Shown here: piece after piece, positions 8,936 through 22,604 of the stretch | Position numbering within the stretch: position 1 is the stretch's first letter | Layout: each line of letters opens with the position of its first letter | Assembly: GCA_965202805.1 (NCBI GenBank) | Contig: OZ241869.1 | Coordinates: forward strand, 1,088,001-1,152,000 | Direction of reading: 5' to 3' | Source: Longimicrobiales bacterium | GTDB taxonomy: Bacteria; Gemmatimonadota; Gemmatimonadetes; Longimicrobiales; Gaopeijiaceae | Length of the DNA: 64,000 bases | Notes under the pieces: model-generated | Database searches by the model: none | What the model was told of the DNA's origin: nothing | What the model saw: the letters and a program-made list of their open reading frames with translations, nothing else | Translations under genes and position numbers: made by a program

Positions 8936-9976
8936 CTATTGCCTGCGCCGTCGCACGCGCCGTTCTGCAGCCATCTCCACGAGGCGGCGCAGCTCGGCGA
9001 TGGGCTCATCGTGGTCGTCGACCTGGAGGCGCAGCACCACGTCGTTGTTGAGCCAGACGCCGCCGTCCTCCCTGACGACCAGCAGGGCGGCGGACTGCAT
9101 GCCGCGGGTATCTCCGCCCGCCGCCTGACCGGCTTCGAGGGCCGCCACCAGCCGCTGGGACAGGTGGCCGGGGGTGTTCTCGAAGGCGGTGACCATGTCG
9201 TCGACCACCGCCGGGCCGGCCAGGATGTTGCCCTGCGCGGAGGTGTAGCGGCCGATGCGGTGCCCCGCCCAGTCGCTGGCGCGCGGGCCGGTGTGGGTCG
9301 CCACTTCGCCGCGCGCGTTCATGACCGAGAACTGGCGGCCCTCGATGCTCCACCGCTCCGGGTCGGGGTTCGGGTCGGCGGCGAGGACGCGCTCCACCAC
9401 CTCGGCGGGCGAGTACCCCTCGCGCAGGAGCGCGAGCGCCTGCGGCCCGTAGCTCACGTCCACCACCGCCTGGGTGGCCACCACCCCCACCCCGGCCTCA
9501 CCCCAGATGACGCCGTTGCCCACGCTGAACACCCGGGACTGCACCGCCACCCCGACCTCCGCGGTCGCCGGGTCGTAGCCCACGATGGAGAAGGTCCCGA
9601 CCGTGTCCCAGGGGGCGGGCCTGGTCACGGTAGCGGGCTCCCGGACGTACAGCGCGTCGCTTGCGCCCCGGCCCAGGACGTAGCGCCCATCGGGATGAAC
9701 CCTGACGAGCGTGATTCCCCGATACTGGTATGCGATGGTCATGTCCTCGGCGGCCGCCTGCGCGCGCAGTTTCGCGAGGAACGGCCCGCTCTGGTTGCGG
9801 ATCCGAGCCGCATCCAGCGGCTTCACCTCCACGACCTTCTCGACCTGCCGGCCCGCCGGTTCTGCGACCGGAGGAACCGTCGCACAGCCCCCCAGCATCA
9901 CCGCTAGGGCGAACACCATCCCGTACATCCTGCGATTGCAAATCACCTGCCTACGCCTCCGCAGCCTGTCTCTCAC
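8936..9976 (-). CDS. DUF1028 (Ntn-hydrolase-like) lipoprotein
   Basis: TFSIVGYDPATAEVGVAVQS, AQGNILAG, GGDTRGMQSAALLVV, LQVDDHDEPIAELRRL, plus lipobox LGGC. Start may be ATG 9928. Confidence 0.85.
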   Translation of the reverse strand: MRDRLRRRRQVICNRRMYGMVFALAVMLGGCATVPPVAEPAGRQVEKVVEVKPLDAARIRNQSGPFLAKLRAQAAAEDMTIAYQYRGITLVRVHPDGRYVLGRGASDALYVREPATVTRPAPWDTVGTFSIVGYDPATAEVGVAVQSRVFSVGNGVIWGEAGVGVVATQAVVDVSYGPQALALLREGYSPAEVVERVLAADPNPDPERWSIEGRQFSVMNARGEVATHTGPRASDWAGHRIGRYTSAQGNILAGPAVVDDMVTAFENTPGHLSQRLVAALEAGQAAGGDTRGMQSAALLVVREDGGVWLNNDVVLRLQVDDHDEPIAELRRLVEMAAERRVRRRRQ

Positions 9977-10896
9977 TCGTGCGTGCCATCATGCGAGTCC
10001 CTGCTGCTCGTGTGCAGGAAGTTCGTGAAGCCCTCGTCATAGTCCGAAAGCCCGTTCTGGCCGGTGAGCTTCATGCGCTCGTCGTAGAGGCGGCGCATCA
10101 GATTCGCCAGCGTGCCCTGCGCGGGGCCATCCTCGGGATGCAGCGCCAGGAAGTCGTCCTGCAACTCCTCGCGCAGCCCTCCCTCCTCGACCATCGTCCG
10201 GTATCGCCCCGGATCGCGGTCCGCCAGCACCCGGAGGTTCCGGTGGAGCCGCTCGCAGCGCGCCGATTGCACCAGCACCGGCTCGCCCGAACCGACCATC
10301 GACAGGTATCCCAGCGCCTGCGCGTGCAGCTCCTTCAGGTATCCCTTCCGGTGCGAGAACTCGTGCGCGATGATGTGCGGCTCGAAGACCCCCGCGTCCC
10401 GCAGGATGGACACGTCTCCCGAAAAGATGTCGCAGGTGCCGAGGGCGAAGGGAAAGACGAGTCCGGCGAGGGTGAATTGACGTATTTCCGAGCTGGTTTC
10501 GACCCGCTGGCCGGTGATGTCGGCGATGAAGCCGGTCAGGTGCCGGTTGACCAGGCGGGCGAGTTCCGCGCGCGGGATGCGCTCGGGGGTGTACTCGTCG
10601 CTCACGAGTTCGACCAGCCAGCGGACCTCCCGGTCGCGCTCGGCCACGGACATCGGCGTGAGCTGGTGCACGTCCGCGCCGAAGGTTTCCAGGAAGTCGA
10701 TCGCGCGCACCTTGCGCCGGGCGAACCAGTCGATCGCGACGCTGCCCGCGTAGGCGCCCAGGGCGACGGCCTGGAGCGCGCGGCCGGGGGGCGTGGCTCC
10801 GAGCAGGATGCGCGAAGCGAGCGGCGCCGCGGCCATCAGGTCGGTCAGCGAGATGGGCGAGTAGGTCGCCTGATTGGGGATGCGGACGGTTTCCAT
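9973..10896 (-). CDS. DUF3810-like putative zinc metallopeptidase
   Basis: IIAHEFSHRKGYLKELHAQ (HExxH...E). Stop overlaps the next gene's start. Confidence 0.65.
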   Translation of the reverse strand: METVRIPNQATYSPISLTDLMAAAPLASRILLGATPPGRALQAVALGAYAGSVAIDWFARRKVRAIDFLETFGADVHQLTPMSVAERDREVRWLVELVSDEYTPERIPRAELARLVNRHLTGFIADITGQRVETSSEIRQFTLAGLVFPFALGTCDIFSGDVSILRDAGVFEPHIIAHEFSHRKGYLKELHAQALGYLSMVGSGEPVLVQSARCERLHRNLRVLADRDPGRYRTMVEEGGLREELQDDFLALHPEDGPAQGTLANLMRRLYDERMKLTGQNGLSDYDEGFTNFLHTSSRDSHDGTHE

Positions 10897-10985
10897 GAGC
10901 CTTCCCGGAATAACGGCCCCGGAACCGGAAAGTTCCTGACGGCCGGACGCCCGTCGCTGTTCGGACCGGACGCGCCTCCGGTTAG

Positions 10986-10997
10986 TATACTGACGCC

Positions 10998-10998
<1 letters not shown>
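10986..10998 (+). promoter_or_regulatory. -10 box immediately before the metH start (likely leaderless transcript)
   Basis: TATACT (10986-10991), 6 nt, then ATG. No Shine-Dalgarno. Confidence 0.55.
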
Positions 10999-14729
<3,731 letters not shown>

Positions 14730-14784
14730 GCGTGGCGTTGCCCGACCTGCGCCCGGACGGGCATGCCCGGGAGGTCAACCGCCG

Positions 14785-16635
14785 GTGAGCGTGACTCTGC
14801 GCGACCTGATCGCCGACGGGCGCGCCCACGTAATGGACGGCGCCATGGGCACGATCCTCTACGGGCGGGGCGTCTTCGTGAACGTCTGCTACGACGAGCT
14901 CAACGTCGAGCAGCCGGAGATGGTGCGGGAGGTGCACGAGGAGTACGTCCACGCCGGGGCCGAAGTCCTGGAGACCAACACCTTCGGCGCCAACCCGGTG
15001 AAGCTGTCCGGCTTCGGCCTGGACTGGCGCACCGAAGCCATCAACCGGGCTGGGGCGGAGCTGGCGCGCGAGGCGGCCGCGGGAAGGGCGAGCGTGGCGG
15101 GCGCGGTGGGCCCGCTCGGCATCCGCATCGAGCCCTGGGGGGCGACGTCCGTCGAGGAGGCCGTGGATTTCTTCCGGCGGCAGGTGCAGGGGCTGCTGGA
15201 GGGCGGCGTGGACGGGTTCTGCCTGGAGACCTTCAGCGACCTGAGCGAGCTCGAGGCGGCCTTCCGGGCGGTGCGCTCGCTCACCGACCTGCCGGTGCTG
15301 GCCCAGGTCACCATCGGCGAGGACGGCGCCACGCCGGGAGGCACCACCATGGAGGCCGCCGGGGCGGCGATGGCGAAATGGGGGGTGGAGGTAGCCGGGA
15401 TAAACTGCTCGGTGGGGCCGGCGATCATGCTGGACGCGGTGGAGCGCCTGGCCGCGAGCTCCGGGCTGCCCGCCTCCGCCCAGCCCAACGCCGGGCTGCC
15501 GCGGGTGGTCGAGAACCGCCAGATCTACATGGCCAGCCCGGAGTACATGGGCCAGTACGCCCGCCGCCTGATCGCCGCCGGCGCGCGCTTCGTGGGAGGA
15601 TGTTGCGGCACCACGCCGGCACACTTGCGCAAGATCCGCGACCACGTGGCCACCGTGCAGCCGGTCCGCGTCCGGGCAGCCGCGCGCGCCGAGCCCGCCG
15701 GACTGCCGGGCCGGTCCGGGGCGCCGCTGGCCGAGCGGTCGGCGTGGGGAAGGAAGCTCGCCGCCGGGCAGTTCGTCACCACCGTGCAGATCGCCGCCCC
15801 GCGCGGCTGGCGGATGGAGGAGACCACCCGCAGGGCACGCGCGCTGGCGCGCGACGGGGTAGACGCGGTCTTCGTGGTCGGCGGCACCCGCGGACAGGCG
15901 CACATGGACGCCCTGACCACGGCCATGCTGCTCGGCGCCCGCGCGGGAATCGAGCCGCTGGTGCGCTACGTCTGCCGCGACCGAGACATGCACGGCATGA
16001 TCCGCGACCTGCTGGGGGCGTCTGCCGCCGGCATCCGCAACCTCGTGATCGTGAGCGGCGAGTCGACCAGCCTGGGACCCTACGCCGACTCCACCGCGAT
16101 CTCCGACATCGACTCGATCGGTCTGGTGAACGTGGTGCAGCGCCTGAACCGCGGCCTGGACGCGGGCGGCAACGACATCGGCGCGCCCACCGAACTGGTG
16201 GCCGGGGTCTCCCTCGACCAGGCCGCGGCGGACCAGGCCCTCGAGCTCAGCCGCTTCGCGTGGAAGGTGGACGCGGGGGCGGATTTCGCGGTCACGCGGC
16301 CCATCTTCGACGCCCGGCGCCTGGAGGACTTCCTGGCGCGCGCCGGCACCGACATCCCCGTGATCGCGACCCTGTTTCCCCTCGCCTCCCTGCGCAACGC
16401 CGAGTTCATGGCCAACGAGGTGCCGGGCGTCGAGGTGCCGGACAGGATCGTGCAGAGGATGCGGGCGGCCGAGCGGAGAAGCCCGGCGCGGGCCCGCGCG
16501 GAAGGACTGGCGATTGCGCGGGAGATGTTCGCCGGGGTGCGGCACCTGGTGCGCGGGGTGCGCATACGCCTCCCCGACGACGACCTGGGCCGGGCGTCCG
16601 AACTGCTCGGCTCACTCGAGGCGGAGCGGGGGTAG
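14785..16635 (+). CDS. Bifunctional homocysteine S-methyltransferase / MTHFR-like protein (YitJ-type)
   Basis: DGAMGT, ETNTFGAN, GINC, GGCCGTTP, followed by an MTHFR-like domain (CRDR, DIDSIGLV, KVDAGADF, ANEVPG). Confidence 0.9.
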   Translation: MSVTLRDLIADGRAHVMDGAMGTILYGRGVFVNVCYDELNVEQPEMVREVHEEYVHAGAEVLETNTFGANPVKLSGFGLDWRTEAINRAGAELAREAAAGRASVAGAVGPLGIRIEPWGATSVEEAVDFFRRQVQGLLEGGVDGFCLETFSDLSELEAAFRAVRSLTDLPVLAQVTIGEDGATPGGTTMEAAGAAMAKWGVEVAGINCSVGPAIMLDAVERLAASSGLPASAQPNAGLPRVVENRQIYMASPEYMGQYARRLIAAGARFVGGCCGTTPAHLRKIRDHVATVQPVRVRAAARAEPAGLPGRSGAPLAERSAWGRKLAAGQFVTTVQIAAPRGWRMEETTRRARALARDGVDAVFVVGGTRGQAHMDALTTAMLLGARAGIEPLVRYVCRDRDMHGMIRDLLGASAAGIRNLVIVSGESTSLGPYADSTAISDIDSIGLVNVVQRLNRGLDAGGNDIGAPTELVAGVSLDQAAADQALELSRFAWKVDAGADFAVTRPIFDARRLEDFLARAGTDIPVIATLFPLASLRNAEFMANEVPGVEVPDRIVQRMRAAERRSPARARAEGLAIAREMFAGVRHLVRGVRIRLPDDDLGRASELLGSLEAERG

Positions 16636-16673
16636 ACGGGGACCGATTCGCCCCGCTCACTTGCATGAACGCG

Positions 16674-16770
16674 CGCCGGGCGGCCAGATGGCTGAATCGC
16701 ATTGAACGCTCGCCGGGCGGCCGGATGGCTGAATCGGACGCCCGCGCCGGGCGGCCAGATGGCTGAATCG
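16674..16770. repeat. 3 direct copies of a 26-bp unit
   Basis: cgccgggcggcc(a/g)gatggctgaatcg at 16674, 16711 and 16745, with 11- and 8-bp linkers. Confidence 0.9.
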
Positions 16771-16847
16771 GACGCCCACACGGGAAAGGCCTGACGGACG
16801 GGATTGACCACGCTGCCGGCCCGGAACCGCCGTGGCCGGCTGGCATC

Positions 16848-19151
16848 ATGGAGGACGCGGTGCAGGTTCAGGAACGCCACATGGGGTTGTTCGGGGCCAC
16901 CGTCCTGGGGGTGGGCGCTATCGTGGGCGGGGGGATCCTCGCGCTCGCGGGTACCGCCTTCTCGGTCGCCGGGCCGGGCGCCATCGTCGCCTTCGGCCTC
17001 AACGGCGGCATCGCCCTCCTGACCGCGGCCAGCTTCGCCCGCCTCGCCCGCCGCTTCCCCGAGTCCGGCGGCACCTACACCTACGCCAAGAACGTCTTCT
17101 CCATCGAGCTGGCCTTCGTGGTCGGCTGGGTGGTGTGGTTCGCCTCGATCGTGGCCGGGGTGCTCTACGCGCTCGGCTTCGCGGCGTTCTTCATGGAGGG
17201 GCTGTTGCGCGCCCTGCCGCAGCTGGCCGAGACCCGGGTGGGCAGCGACGCCGCGCGCCTGGCCGCGGCCGCGATCGCCATCGGCGCCTACATGCTGGCG
17301 CTCGTCCGCCGCGCGGCGGGGGGCGGCACCGCGGAGACCATCGGCAAGGTGGTGGTGTTCGCCGTGGTCATCGCCGGCGGGGCGTGGGCGTGGGCCACCG
17401 GGTCGCCGGGTGAACTCGCCGACCGGCTGAACCCGTTCCTCACCGAGGGGGCGGGCGGGGTGGTGCGGGCGATGGGCTACACCTTCATCGCGCTCCAGGG
17501 GTTCGACCTGATCGCCGCGGTGGGAGGGGAGGTGCGCGACCCGCAGCGGACCCTCCCGCGCGCCATGTACCTGTCGCTCGGCATCGCGCTCGCGCTCTAC
17601 CTGCCCATGCTCTTCCTGTTCGCCACGGTGGGGACACCGGCGGGGGCGGGCGGGGTGGCGGCGGTGGCGGCGGCCAACCCGGAAGGGCTGGTGGCGGCGG
17701 CCGTCGAGGAGTACATGGGGGTGGCGGGGTACTGGCTGGTCATCGGCGCGGGCATCCTGTCGATGCTCTCGGCGCTCCAGGCCAACCTCCTGGGCGCATC
17801 GCGGGTGGCTTTCGCGATGGCCCGCGACCGTACCCTGCCCCGCCGGCTGGCCCGCATGCGCGGGTCGAGCGGCACGCCCGCGACGGCGGTCGTGGTCACC
17901 GGCACGGTGGTGGCCGTGATCGCGCTCGCCGTCGGCGAAGTGCCCGCCGCCGGAGCCGCTTCGAGCCTCATCTTCCTCATCTCCTTCGCCATGGTGCACG
18001 TCGCGGCGGTGCTGGTGGAGTACCGCTCGGCGTCGGGGCGCATCCCCTTCCTGCCCATCGCGGGCGGGCTGTTCTGCGTATCGCTGGCGGCGTTCCAGAT
18101 CTTCGCCGTTCCCTTCGCCGGCAGCATCGTAATGACCTGGATCGCCATCGGCACCGCGCTCTACCTCATCCTGCTGGCCCCGGCCGCGCGTCTCACCGAC
18201 GTCTCCGCGGAGGCCACGCATCCCCACCTCACCCTGCTCCGGGGACGGAGCCCGCTGGTGCTCGCCCCCATCGCCAACCCGGCCAACGCCGCAAGCCTGG
18301 TGGACATCGCCGGCACCCTGCGCACACCGGGCTCGGGCCGCGTCCTGCTGCTCACGGTTCTCTCGCCCCCGGACACGGCGTCCGCGCCCGAATCCCGGGT
18401 CATCGACGCCCAGGCCGTGCTGGGCAAGTCCATGGTGCACAGCCTGGAGCATTCGCTGATCGCGGAAATCCTCTTCACCATCGCCCCCGACCCGTGGACC
18501 GAGATCGCGCGGGTCGCGGAGGAACACCGCTGCGAGACCGTGCTGCTGGGCCTTCCCAATCTCTCCGATCCGCTCGTCGAAGCCGCGCTGGAGCGGCGCA
18601 TCGCCGGGATCGGCTGCGACGTCGTGGTCGCGCGCACCCCGTCGGGCTGGGGCATGGATGAGGTCGAGAGGGTCCTGGTGCCCCTCGGAGGGCATCGAGG
18701 GCACAGCCGCCCGAGGGTTCGCCTGCTCGCCAGCCTGGCGCGCACGAAGGGACGAGCCATCACGTATCTCTCCACGATGCTTCCCTCGGCATCGAAGGAG
18801 GAACGCCGCCGATTCGAGCGCGAGATCCACAGAATGGTGCGCGACGAGGCCGCGGGACCGTACGAAGTGGTCGTGGAAACCGCCGCGTACCCGGAAGACA
18901 CCATCATCAAGCATGCCCGCACCTCCGACCTCATCGTCATGGGCATGCGCACCGAAGCCAACGGGCGGCGGAGCCTGCGCGGCATCCCGCACGCGGTCGC
19001 GGTGGGGTCCAGGACGCCCCTGATCCTGATCGGCAGCGCCCCGCCGTCCGCCCTGGTCCGCACCGGCAAGGATCTGCTGGCGCCTTCCCGCGGGGGAGAG
19101 CTTCGGTCGAACGGGTCGGACGGAGACGATCTGCAGGGTCCGGCGACATAG
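16848..19151 (+). CDS. APC-family amino acid permease with C-terminal universal-stress-like domains
   Basis: GAIVGGGI, FPESGGTYTY, FIALQGFD, about 12 TM helices, then VLAPIANP / VLVPLGG / DLIVMG USP-like segments. Confidence 0.9.
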   Translation: MEDAVQVQERHMGLFGATVLGVGAIVGGGILALAGTAFSVAGPGAIVAFGLNGGIALLTAASFARLARRFPESGGTYTYAKNVFSIELAFVVGWVVWFASIVAGVLYALGFAAFFMEGLLRALPQLAETRVGSDAARLAAAAIAIGAYMLALVRRAAGGGTAETIGKVVVFAVVIAGGAWAWATGSPGELADRLNPFLTEGAGGVVRAMGYTFIALQGFDLIAAVGGEVRDPQRTLPRAMYLSLGIALALYLPMLFLFATVGTPAGAGGVAAVAAANPEGLVAAAVEEYMGVAGYWLVIGAGILSMLSALQANLLGASRVAFAMARDRTLPRRLARMRGSSGTPATAVVVTGTVVAVIALAVGEVPAAGAASSLIFLISFAMVHVAAVLVEYRSASGRIPFLPIAGGLFCVSLAAFQIFAVPFAGSIVMTWIAIGTALYLILLAPAARLTDVSAEATHPHLTLLRGRSPLVLAPIANPANAASLVDIAGTLRTPGSGRVLLLTVLSPPDTASAPESRVIDAQAVLGKSMVHSLEHSLIAEILFTIAPDPWTEIARVAEEHRCETVLLGLPNLSDPLVEAALERRIAGIGCDVVVARTPSGWGMDEVERVLVPLGGHRGHSRPRVRLLASLARTKGRAITYLSTMLPSASKEERRRFEREIHRMVRDEAAGPYEVVVETAAYPEDTIIKHARTSDLIVMGMRTEANGRRSLRGIPHAVAVGSRTPLILIGSAPPSALVRTGKDLLAPSRGGELRSNGSDGDDLQGPAT

Positions 19152-19253
19152 GGGGCCGACACACGGGTGCCGCTTCATCCATCCAGCCGAATGGGCAGGA
19201 ACGCCTCATTGCCAAACGACGGCGACGCGGGACCCGGACCCCGATGCTCGCCT

Positions 19254-20205
19254 GTGCCCGCAATCCGTATCAGGCGTTGCAACGACGCCCCCGCAGCGGC
19301 CGGACGCTCATTCATCCTCTACTGGATGATCAGCGCGCGAAGGACACGCTGGAACTTCGGGCTCCAGCGGGCTGTGGAACTGAGCCTCGAACACGGACTC
19401 CCGCTCGTCGTGCTGGAGCCGCTGCGCGCCGGATACCGATGGGCTTCGGATCGCTTCCATCGATTCATCATTGACGGGATGATCGACAATGCACTGCGGT
19501 TCGAAGAGCGCGGCGTCGCCTACCACCCCTACGTCGAGCCGCGGGATGGCGCCGGGAAGGGACTCGTCGAAGCCCTCGCGGAGCACGCGGCGGTCGTCGT
19601 CACCGACGACTTCCCCGCCTTCTTCCTCCCCCGGATGGTGCGAGCGGCCGCGCAACGTTTTTTGTTGCGCGTCGAGGCGATAGACAGTAATGGCCTGCTT
19701 CCTCTGCATGCCACGGATGGGCCCTTCGCAACAGCCTACGCGTTTCGACGCTTCCTGCAGCGAGAGCTTCCTGCCCATCTGGAAGCGTCTCCGGACCCCG
19801 ATCCGCTGCGCCTCCTGCCGATGGAAGGCGCGCACCCACGACCCTCTCTGGAACGCGGCTCAGAACCAGCTCCGGACCGAAGGCCGCATCCACAACTATC
19901 TGCGCATGATCTGGGGCAAGAAGATCCTGGAGTGGAGCGAGAACCCGCGCGAGGCGCTCCGCATCATGATCGAGCTCAACAACAAGTACGCGCTCGACGG
20001 ACGCAACCCCAATTCCTTTACCGGCATCCTCTGGATCCTGGGCCTCCACGACCGCGCCTGGGGCCCCGAGCGCCCCGTGTTCGGCAAGATCCGCTACATG
20101 AGCTCCGCCAACACGGCGAGGAAGTACCGTGTGCGCGGGTACATCGAGAAGTACGCGAAGCTGCAGGGAGCATCCGCGAAGTCCGCGCAGCCCGCGGGAG
20201 CGTAA
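19254..20205 (+). pseudogene. Class II CPD photolyase, internally deleted and frameshifted near 19820
   Basis: N-terminal ILYWMISARRTRWNFGL...VVTDDFPAFF lies in one frame. C-terminal [10 protein letters not shown]...[15 protein letters not shown]...[12 protein letters not shown]...GKIRYM lies in another frame. The central part is missing. Confidence 0.85.
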
Positions 20206-20214
20206 CGCAACAGA

Positions 20215-21114
20215 TTATGTTGCGCGCCCCCCTTCACCCCCCATCCCCTCCAGCGCCCGCATGATCGCGCGATAGCGCCGGTCCACGCTCCTGAACCCGA
20301 GATTCGCCAGGTAGATGTTGCGCGCCCCCGCTTCCCGCAGCGCCCGGATGCTGCGCGCGCAGATCTCCTCGGCGGTCGCCCCGGCTGCGAACTCGCGCGT
20401 GATCTCCTCGGCCGGAATCGGGAGAAACCGGCTGAGTCGGCTGAGGGTCCGCGGATTGGCGCTGCGGTAGAAGAAGACGCCGAAAAGGGCGGGGATGCCG
20501 ACGCCCCGGCGGTCCAGCTCCTCCAGAAACCGCTCCACGAGGGGCAGCGAGTGGTGCGACACGATCTGGGTCAGGAAGAAGTCGGCCTCGAAGTCGCCGC
20601 GCGCGATGTAGTTCACCTGGACGGCCGGGTCCGCGTGCGGATTCGCCCATCCCCCCAGCGTGAGCGACGGGAACTCGCAGCGGATGAGGTCGCGCAGCTG
20701 GTAGCCGTGCTCGACGCAGCGCGGCGGCGGTCCAGCTGTGTCGCCGCCCACCACCGCGAGTGCCTCGCAGCCGCCCGAGACCGCGCGCCGGGCGAACATC
20801 ATGCAGTAGTCCAGCGTGTGCTTGGCGGTCAGGAAGGGGATGATGCGCGACGCCGGCACCCCGCGCGCCAGGTTGGCGGCGACATGGCCGAGGCTCTCCT
20901 CCTCGGCGGCATCGACCGCGTTGTCGGTGAGGAAGATGTAGCGGTCGTCGCGGGCCAGGCGCTCCAGCGTGTGGTACATGTCGATCCAGGCGTCCATCCC
21001 CGCGGCGTAGGAGAGCCCGCTGCGGGGCGGTCGCAGCTCGACGGTGATGGTCGGTTCCGGGGCGCGCAGGCGGGCCAGCAACCCGCTCTCGCGCACTTCC
21101 CGTCCGGCCTCCAC
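20215..21114 (-). CDS. Methylenetetrahydrofolate reductase-like protein
   Basis: TVELRPP, FLTDN, VVGGD, GGWANP, ADFFLTQ. Start set at GTG 21114 because the upstream codons belong to the inserted element. Confidence 0.7.
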   Translation of the reverse strand: MEAGREVRESGLLARLRAPEPTITVELRPPRSGLSYAAGMDAWIDMYHTLERLARDDRYIFLTDNAVDAAEEESLGHVAANLARGVPASRIIPFLTAKHTLDYCMMFARRAVSGGCEALAVVGGDTAGPPPRCVEHGYQLRDLIRCEFPSLTLGGWANPHADPAVQVNYIARGDFEADFFLTQIVSHHSLPLVERFLEELDRRGVGIPALFGVFFYRSANPRTLSRLSRFLPIPAEEITREFAAGATAEEICARSIRALREAGARNIYLANLGFRSVDRRYRAIMRALEGMGGEGGRAT

Positions 21115-21116
21115 TA

Positions 21117-21130
21117 ACCCTGCCGTTACG
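21117..21130 (+). repeat. Putative att site, left
   Basis: accctgccgttacg, 13/14 identical to the right copy, about 100 bp from the integrase stop. Confidence 0.65.
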
Positions 21131-21226
21131 GCGGAATCGGTTGGGGTTTTATTTTGTTTGTTCACTTGAGCTTATGGGATTGACGGGTCCGTTTCCCGCT
21201 ACTTGACTCCCGCCGAGTCGAGAACT

Positions 21227-22390
21227 TCAGCTGCGAGCTCTGCGGCGGGCTTCCAGAGCCTTCCGAAGCTGTCCCTCGTCGGCTCGCTGATAGCACTGAA
21301 GGACCGTCTTGGCGGTCTTCCAGCCGCCCAACTCGCAGAGTACCTTCAGCGGCTGGTCCATCAGGTCGCTGGCAAACTTGCGCCTCAGCGAGTGCCAGCC
21401 CCGTCCGGGCTTCGGTTCCAGCCCCGCAAGCGTCTGAGCCTTGTACCACCACGCGCGCACCAGAGACGGGCCCGCGCACCTCGAAGCATCCATCGGCGCG
21501 GGGAGCACCGGAGTGTCCTCATGTCCCGAACCCCTCTCGCGCGCTTCCTCCAAGGCGGCGAGGGCCTCGGCGGTGACCGGCGTGCAGTGCTCGTATCCGG
21601 TCTTCTCGTGCTCCGCTCTCCACCGGATGACTCCGCCTTCAAGGTCGATGTCCGTCCACCGCAGGTGACGGATGGCTCCGATCCGGTGTCCGGTTTCGTG
21701 CGCGAGCACGAGCGCAACATGGAACCGCCAATCGACCCGTCGAGACACCCCGAGCAGCGCTTGGTACTCCGCCTCGGACAGCACCACCCGCGTGGGGTTC
21801 TTCTCCGTGGGCTTCCTGAGGCCCTTCAGCGGATTCCGGTCCAGCAGCAGTTCGCCCCGCTCGTCCTTGGACTTGGAAGCCCAGTTGAGCACGGCGATCA
21901 GGAACTTCAGGTCGTGTTCGATGGTCCGGTCGGTCACCGGCCTGCCGCTTGCGCCGACCCTGCCCGCGCGCCGCGCCCGTATGAATCGGTCCCAGTCGCG
22001 CCGCGATAGCGTCGCGGGACTACGGCCCGGCCCGAAGAACTGGAGGAACATCCTCGTCGCGGCCCGGTCGGACCGCTGAGAGGACTCCGCCTTCGTGGGC
22101 GTCACCTCCTCACCGTACATTTCAAAAAGCGCTTCCAGCGTGAGCGGCTCGAGCTCGGCTTCCGCGTTGCCGTTCAGGTCCGGGCTTGCGAACCCGGCGG
22201 CGAATTCATCCGCCTCCCGCTTCGCTCTCACCCACTCGCGGTGTCCAAGCGATCGGGTGAGCCTCCGCCCGTTCTCGCGCCACTCCACCTGGAACAGGCC
22301 GGTCTTCGGGTCAGGGAAGACCCGGACCCGATTCCGGCCCCATTCTCCGGCGCCGTAGGAGCGCCGGCTTCGTTTCGTGCGTGCCATCAT
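21227..22390 (-). CDS. Tyrosine recombinase/integrase
   Basis: Catalytic residues R (TGHRIGAI), K (HEKTG), HxxR (WHSLRRKFA), W (LGGWK) and Y (LQCYQ). Confidence 0.95.
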   Translation of the reverse strand: MMARTKRSRRSYGAGEWGRNRVRVFPDPKTGLFQVEWRENGRRLTRSLGHREWVRAKREADEFAAGFASPDLNGNAEAELEPLTLEALFEMYGEEVTPTKAESSQRSDRAATRMFLQFFGPGRSPATLSRRDWDRFIRARRAGRVGASGRPVTDRTIEHDLKFLIAVLNWASKSKDERGELLLDRNPLKGLRKPTEKNPTRVVLSEAEYQALLGVSRRVDWRFHVALVLAHETGHRIGAIRHLRWTDIDLEGGVIRWRAEHEKTGYEHCTPVTAEALAALEEARERGSGHEDTPVLPAPMDASRCAGPSLVRAWWYKAQTLAGLEPKPGRGWHSLRRKFASDLMDQPLKVLCELGGWKTAKTVLQCYQRADEGQLRKALEARRRARS

Positions 22391-22604
22391 TCGATTCCTC
22401 ATCGTGATGGACCGCACGATCTGCGCGAGGGAAAGGTCGCGCGGGCGGGGGGGTTCCGCCAGTCGCGGCCGGACCGACGCGTCGGCCCTCCGGGCGAGGT
22501 GCGCACGCGCGCCGAGGGCGCGATATTGGCTTGTGGGGTAGCCGCCGTCGCTGGCTTGACGCGGTTCGCGTTACTGGTCCCCGCGATTGCGGGGTTTCGG
22601 AGGA

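Noticed and set aside
10897..10997. SAM or cobalamin riboswitch upstream of metH
   Set aside because: The short divergent intergenic region lacks recognisable motifs, and the -10 box abuts the ATG.
16674..16770. Possible mini CRISPR array
   Set aside because: Linkers are only 8-11 bp and resemble the flanks; no cas genes or AT-rich leader.
21100..21226. tRNA or tmRNA as integration target next to the integrase
   Set aside because: No cloverleaf, TTCGA T-loop or CCA end recognised at either island boundary.
22391..22560. Remnant of a small HTH/excisionase gene upstream of the integrase
   Set aside because: Only a weak resemblance (..HLARRA..LSLAQIVRSI) and no start codon; too speculative to list as a feature.
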